Assembly (NCBI GenBank): GCA_030065755.1
Contig: JASJDA010000030.1
Coordinates: forward strand, 7,724-71,723
Direction: 5' to 3'
DNA length: 64,000 nucleotides
DNA from: Prochloraceae cyanobacterium
GTDB taxonomy: Bacteria > Cyanobacteriota > Cyanobacteriia > Cyanobacteriales > JASJDA01
This document shows, one piece after another, positions 59,583 to 64,000 of the stretch. Below the pieces are notes generated by a model that saw nothing but the letters and a program-made list of their open reading frames with translations, was not told where the DNA came from and made no database searches. The stretch's first letter is position 1. Each line of letters starts with the position of its first letter. Made by a program: the position numbers and the translations under genes.

Positions 59583-60157
59583 GAATTTAAGCTAAGTACC
59601 GTGCGGTAAGCTTTCGCCATGGGCTGGTGGGGGCTTATCGCTCCTCTGCTCTGGTGAGGGGAGAGAGGGAGAGGGGGAGAAAGATGTTGTGGTAAGACGA
59701 TCGCTACTCAAAAAATTCTCAATATTGTATGATTTTTTTTATTAGTATCGTTAGTCAAAAAAAATATAAGTAAAACTTTTATTTACGGCGCAGTTTGTTT
59801 TTATATTTAAATTTATATTCAATATTACAAGTTTAATTAATTACTCAAAATCCTCAATCGATCGAACGTCGCACAACGAATTTACAAGGCTTTCGCGATG
59901 TGATATAGTTTCTTAAGTAAAAAAGAACATGATAATATGGCTTTTTATTACCAATTTTTGAGTAAATCTGTTGTGTAACCCTTGAAATAAGGAAAAAATC
60001 TACTTTAAGCCAGGGTAGATTACTCGTAATTCAAAATTATCTCAAAAAACTATTTTTTTACTAAGTATATTTGTATGTCTTGACAAAATAAGTGTAATGT
60101 GTTTTAGGGCAGCGGTCGCTCGCCAGTTTTTAGAACATTAGCACTCAGAAAAAATAG

Positions 60158-60793
60158 ATGAAAAAAGAGACGATCGAAGAAAGTCTAATTGTTTTTACTC
60201 GCTATCCAGAAGCAGGAAAAACTAAAACCCGCATGATTCCTGCTTTGGGTGCAGAAGGTGCGGCACAACTTCAGCGTCAAATGACCGAACATACTCTAAG
60301 AGAGGTGAAAAAACTGCAAAGCGATCGCCCTTTATCTGTAGAAGTTCATTTTACAGGTAGTTCCGAGCAGTTAATGAAAGATTGGTTGGGTTCGGATTTG
60401 GTCTATCGTCATCAGAGTGAAGGACACTTGGGAGTGCGGATGAGATCGGCTTTCGAGTCGTCTTTTAATGCTGGTATGATTAGGGCGATCGTCATTGGTA
60501 TTGACTGTCCCGATCTAAATCCATCTTTGATGGGGGAAGCATATGAAGCGATCGCACTCGATTTTGACTTGGTTTTAGGGCCTGCCGCCGACGGAGGATA
60601 TTATTTAATTGGTTTGAGTCGTTTAGTCCCCGAATTGTTTGTAGGTATTAACTGGGGAACATCTGAAGTTTTGGCACAAACTAAAGCTATTGCAGAAAAA
60701 TTAGGGTTAAAAGTGCATTATCTTTCGGCTCTAAATGATGTCGATCGCCCAGAAGATTTAGAAATATGGCAGCGATATCAAAAAAATATCTAA
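60158..60793 (+). CDS. DUF2064/TIGR04282-family glycosyltransferase-like protein
   Basis: 211 aa. LIVFTRYPEAGKTKTRM start, IGIDCPDL and GPAADGGYYLIG motifs typical of this family. Confidence 0.75.
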   Translation: MKKETIEESLIVFTRYPEAGKTKTRMIPALGAEGAAQLQRQMTEHTLREVKKLQSDRPLSVEVHFTGSSEQLMKDWLGSDLVYRHQSEGHLGVRMRSAFESSFNAGMIRAIVIGIDCPDLNPSLMGEAYEAIALDFDLVLGPAADGGYYLIGLSRLVPELFVGINWGTSEVLAQTKAIAEKLGLKVHYLSALNDVDRPEDLEIWQRYQKNI

Positions 60794-60918
60794 GATCGTT
60801 AGAAAAAATATTATTAAATATATGAGTTTTGTATGAGGTTTAAGTTATTGCGATCTAAAAATTAAATAGTATTATTGAATCAAATAACGTCTGTCGTTAA
60901 ATTTGAGGGTTAAGCACC

Positions 60919-62649
60919 GTGAAAGAAAGCGATTTTAAGACTGCCGATTGGATGAAAGCTTACCGTCCTTTCTTCTTTGAGAATATCTCAGATCTAGTTG
61001 ATATTAAAGAAAACACGGTTTTGCTTTGTGACAAAAGTAGGGGTCTGTTGACTGAAGTCGATTTACTTTCTGAAACGACAACTTTTAAGAAAAAATATGA
61101 CATTAATGAATATGCTGCTGTGGAGAGTATCTGTTATTACAACGGATATATTTATTCTGTTTATCAGAACAAGATCTATGTTGCAGATTATTATACAGAC
61201 GAGGAAATACTTAAAAATGAGATTTTCGACAGCATCCCCAATTGCAGCGATCTCACAGGAATATCTGTTACCAACAATAAAATTTATTTAGTCACAGAAA
61301 ATCAAAGTATTCTTTCGTACGATCGAGAAACAAAAGAAGTCAAAACTATAGGAGAATCTCCAGGAATTGGGGCTGATGACTTATGTTATTTTAAAGGAAA
61401 TTTATTTATTGTTGATTCAAAAGAGCAGACTATATATGTTTTCGATCTGGAAAAAGGTGAATTTATCTTTGACATTTTAACACCCTTTGAAAATCCTACA
61501 GGTATTGCTGGAGTTTATAACGATAGAGCAGGAAAAGATGTTTTATATGTTTCTTATGCCCGACCGAGTTTTAAAGTATACGATAGTGGAGACAGTGAGT
61601 TTAAACTGAATATAAAGACTCCCGTTGCAGATAATTTTATTTATCCTTTGGTGTTTAAATACGACCCAAAGAAAAAAGCTACATTGTCTAATGGCTTTTT
61701 GGTAGAAATGTATTATGTTAGGAAATTACACGCTTTACCTGAAATAGCCGAAAAACACAAGTCGCTTAAAGATATTGAGTGGAAAATTTCTCTACCAATA
61801 GATACGGACAGACAACAAGTTATTTCTGTGGAATCTATTGGCAATTTTGAGATGGTAATTGAAGATCTAGAAGAAGAAAATATAAAAGTAGCGGTCTTTT
61901 CAATTCCTGAAATCGATCTAGAAAATGACAGAAGAGTCTTTGGCTGGAAAGCTTTAGTAAAAGTGTTCGGCATCAAATATTCTTTCAAAGAATATGAAAT
62001 GAGAGAAATTTCTGAATCAGAAATCAAAAAATATGCTAAGTATCTTAAAAATCGAAAAAAACTAGATATGGATAGCGATTATGTCATAACTGCTGCAAAA
62101 GAAGCTGTTAAAAATCTCGAGGAAAATGAGAAAAATAATGTTATTGCTAAAGCTAAAAACATCAGAGATTATATTTATGAAAAACTTACTTATGTAATGG
62201 ATAGATATCACAAAGGAACTGAAGATGTTTTAAAAAGCGGTGAAGGTTCTTGTGGAGAATATTTAAATGTATTTTTATCTTTGTTGAGATTGAATAATAT
62301 TCCTGCTAGAAAATTCGGACAATATAAAATTCCTGCTTATAAAATGCAGGCAGGAGAAAAATCGGTAGTTTTATCTCCTGATTTTAACCACGTTTGGCTT
62401 GAGTTTTACGTTCCCGATATAGGATGGGTTCCTTTAGAGTCGAGTGCTGATGACGAAGCTTCTTCTTTTAGAGAATGGGCGCAAAGATATTTTATGTCAC
62501 TTTCTTGGTATCACTTAGAGTGTAGAAGGGGAAGCTATTTTGAAGATGTATTTGAGAAAGGAACCGATCGAAAATTTAACCTTTCTGCAAACGATATCTC
62601 TATAAAAGATATACGATTTAAAGTCATCAGCGAACTAGAGATTGATTGA
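60919..62649 (+). CDS. transglutaminase-like cysteine protease-fold protein with N-terminal beta-propeller-like region
   Basis: 576 aa with a GTG start. C-terminal transglutaminase core (GEGSCGEYLNVFLSLLRLNNIPARKF ... NHVWLEFYVPDIGWVPLES). The N-terminal half has repeated YV/LY-type strands (KIYVADYY, KIYLVTEN, NLFIVDSK, TIYVFDLE). Visibly AT-richer than neighbouring genes. Confidence 0.7.
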   Translation: MKESDFKTADWMKAYRPFFFENISDLVDIKENTVLLCDKSRGLLTEVDLLSETTTFKKKYDINEYAAVESICYYNGYIYSVYQNKIYVADYYTDEEILKNEIFDSIPNCSDLTGISVTNNKIYLVTENQSILSYDRETKEVKTIGESPGIGADDLCYFKGNLFIVDSKEQTIYVFDLEKGEFIFDILTPFENPTGIAGVYNDRAGKDVLYVSYARPSFKVYDSGDSEFKLNIKTPVADNFIYPLVFKYDPKKKATLSNGFLVEMYYVRKLHALPEIAEKHKSLKDIEWKISLPIDTDRQQVISVESIGNFEMVIEDLEEENIKVAVFSIPEIDLENDRRVFGWKALVKVFGIKYSFKEYEMREISESEIKKYAKYLKNRKKLDMDSDYVITAAKEAVKNLEENEKNNVIAKAKNIRDYIYEKLTYVMDRYHKGTEDVLKSGEGSCGEYLNVFLSLLRLNNIPARKFGQYKIPAYKMQAGEKSVVLSPDFNHVWLEFYVPDIGWVPLESSADDEASSFREWAQRYFMSLSWYHLECRRGSYFEDVFEKGTDRKFNLSANDISIKDIRFKVISELEID

Positions 62650-62655
62650 GAAAGT

Positions 62656-63633
62656 TTAGATGCGCGAGCGCATTTTTAATTGCCCCAACCCGTCATCAAT
62701 GCTAACAGCATTGCGGTAGCCCAGTTCGCTCCGAGCTTTGCGATCGTTAACAGAAAATTCAGTGCCCATCAGATAAATCATTACAGGCGCAATTGGGGGT
62801 CGTTTCTTGAGTCGAAAAAGCTTCCAAAAAAATTCGACGACGCGGGCGATCGCAAGTGCTAAACCTCGTGGAAGACTGCGATCGCCTGGTTCAATTCCTT
62901 CTGCTCTGAGAACTTCTGTAAAAAAGGTTTTGAGCGGACGCTGTTCGCCATCGGTTACGTAGTAAATTTGTCCGCCCCTACCTTTGTCAATAGCTGCTTT
63001 AATAGCTGCTGCTAAATTATCTACGTGAATAGTAGATAGGGTATGAGTGCCATCGCCGATCCACATCCACTTACCTTCTTTAGCCATTTTTAGCATGTCA
63101 TCGTAGTGAGAATTATTTGGACCCCAAATGGCAGGAGGTCTAAGTGCGATCGTTGCAAAGTCAGGTAAATTAGCTTCCAGGACTAGCTTTTCCGCAAGAG
63201 CTTTGGTTTTTGAGTAATGGTCTCGCGGGAGATGTCTTGGCTGGTATAGTTCATCTACATTTTTAATCGGTTTGCCGTTGATGACAGAAGCAGCACCGAT
63301 GTAGATAAATTTCTTAACTCCAGCTCTTTTCGCCGCAGTCAGTAACCGCTTAGTTCCTCGAACATTAACCTCGTAGAATTTCTCATAGTTGTAACTGAAA
63401 TCCATATAGGCTGCACCGTGGATGACAATTTGGCAGTTTTCTAAAACTTGTTGGGCGTTTTTGAGATCGGAAAGGCTGCCTAAAACACCTTTGGCTCCAG
63501 CAGCTTCCACTTTCTTGAGAGCATTCTCCGATCGCGCAAGTGCATAGACCGTCCAGCCACTGTCTAATAGTTGAGGAATAACGTTCTGGCCCACGAAGCC
63601 AGAACCGCCTGTAAAGAATAAATTGTTTGCCAT
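62656..63633 (-). CDS. NAD-dependent epimerase/dehydratase (extended SDR) family protein
   Basis: 325 aa. FFTGGSGFVGQ Rossmann motif and YSKTK catalytic motif. Confidence 0.85.
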   Translation of the reverse strand: MANNLFFTGGSGFVGQNVIPQLLDSGWTVYALARSENALKKVEAAGAKGVLGSLSDLKNAQQVLENCQIVIHGAAYMDFSYNYEKFYEVNVRGTKRLLTAAKRAGVKKFIYIGAASVINGKPIKNVDELYQPRHLPRDHYSKTKALAEKLVLEANLPDFATIALRPPAIWGPNNSHYDDMLKMAKEGKWMWIGDGTHTLSTIHVDNLAAAIKAAIDKGRGGQIYYVTDGEQRPLKTFFTEVLRAEGIEPGDRSLPRGLALAIARVVEFFWKLFRLKKRPPIAPVMIYLMGTEFSVNDRKARSELGYRNAVSIDDGLGQLKMRSRI

Positions 63634-63700
63634 AAGACCTAAGTTGATTTTTTATTTGATACAGCAATATATGCTATGTAAAATATTTTCTTATGGTATT

Positions 63701-64000
63701 ATGGCTAAAGTTATATGCTGTGTCAAGTATTTATCTTTGGAACCATTTGAAGAAATTTCCCTTTTAATCAAAGCGGCTTACCGCGAGTCCGATCGCCGAC
63801 TCACAGAAGCATTTCAACCGCTTGGTATTACTCCAGCTCAAGCGGAAGTATTGCTGATTCTTCAAGAAGCTGAGCCTTTGTCTCTAGGGGAGCTAGGCGA
63901 TTTTCTAATTGCAGAAGGAGGACATCCTTCAAGGTTAGTAGATCGCCTGTTTCAAGCTGGCTACGTGCAGCGTCAGTCAGCACCTGACGATCGCCGACGG
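63701..64000 (+). CDS. MarR-family transcriptional regulator (partial, runs off the window)
   Basis: My own translation from the ATG at 63701: MAKVICCVKYLSLEPFEEISLLIKAAYRESDRRLTEAFQPLGITPAQAEVLLILQEAEPLSLGELGDFLIAEGGHPSRLVDRLFQAGYVQRQSAPDDRRR. This is a winged-helix MarR pattern (ITPAQ..L..L.....S..EL......... S.L...L...G.V.R...P.DRR). Confidence 0.75.
   Translation, partial: MAKVICCVKYLSLEPFEEISLLIKAAYRESDRRLTEAFQPLGITPAQAEVLLILQEAEPLSLGELGDFLIAEGGHPSRLVDRLFQAGYVQRQSAPDDRRR

Noticed and set aside
60138-60146. TTAGCACTC, the left half of a CIRCE (HrcA) operator, 12 nt upstream of the DUF2064-like gene.
   Set aside because: The matching right half (GAGTGCTAA after 9 nt) is absent, and the downstream gene is not a chaperone.

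Overview
This is a cyanobacterial chromosomal segment. The diagnostic features are the cphB-cphA cyanophycin pair, OCP plus FRP plus a separate HCP paralog, ferrochelatase with a C-terminal CAB helix, pentapeptide-repeat and Uma2 proteins, very frequent GCGATCGC (HIP1) palindromes, and heptamer STRR-like tandem repeats. I call about 55 protein-coding genes. Most are housekeeping, stress or photoprotection genes: trmD, rbfA, clpB, htpG, hemH, proB, gpmI, secG, gyrA, glgC, a thrC-like gene, a group-2 sigma factor and response regulators. I saw no rRNA, tRNA, CRISPR array, transposase/IS or prophage genes. Local gene decay is visible in three places: a DUF2993 gene with two frameshifts, an approximately 76-codon relic of an AdhE-type iron alcohol dehydrogenase, and a cytochrome P450 truncated after 132 codons next to its TetR regulator. 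I did not find a convincing novel multi-gene system such as a defence island, so all hunt items are graded modestly. The items most worth follow-up are five. (1) A 504-bp ORF-free, hairpin-rich spacer between cphA and an nrtS-like gene, which may be an unrecognised structured RNA or long leader. (2) A thrC-like gene directly followed by a CysO/MoaD-type sulfur carrier ending in GG, which could be a MetM/MetO-type homocysteine route. (3) A TPR gene that looks like a WD40-type scaffold with the WD40 array deleted, carrying near-identical 102-bp repeats. (4) Several heptamer-repeat hairpin elements, plus a 21-bp-phased TGTGGAAAA triplet. (5) A GC-rich structured island between trmD and cphB. All family assignments come from motif recognition by eye. 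No database search was run.
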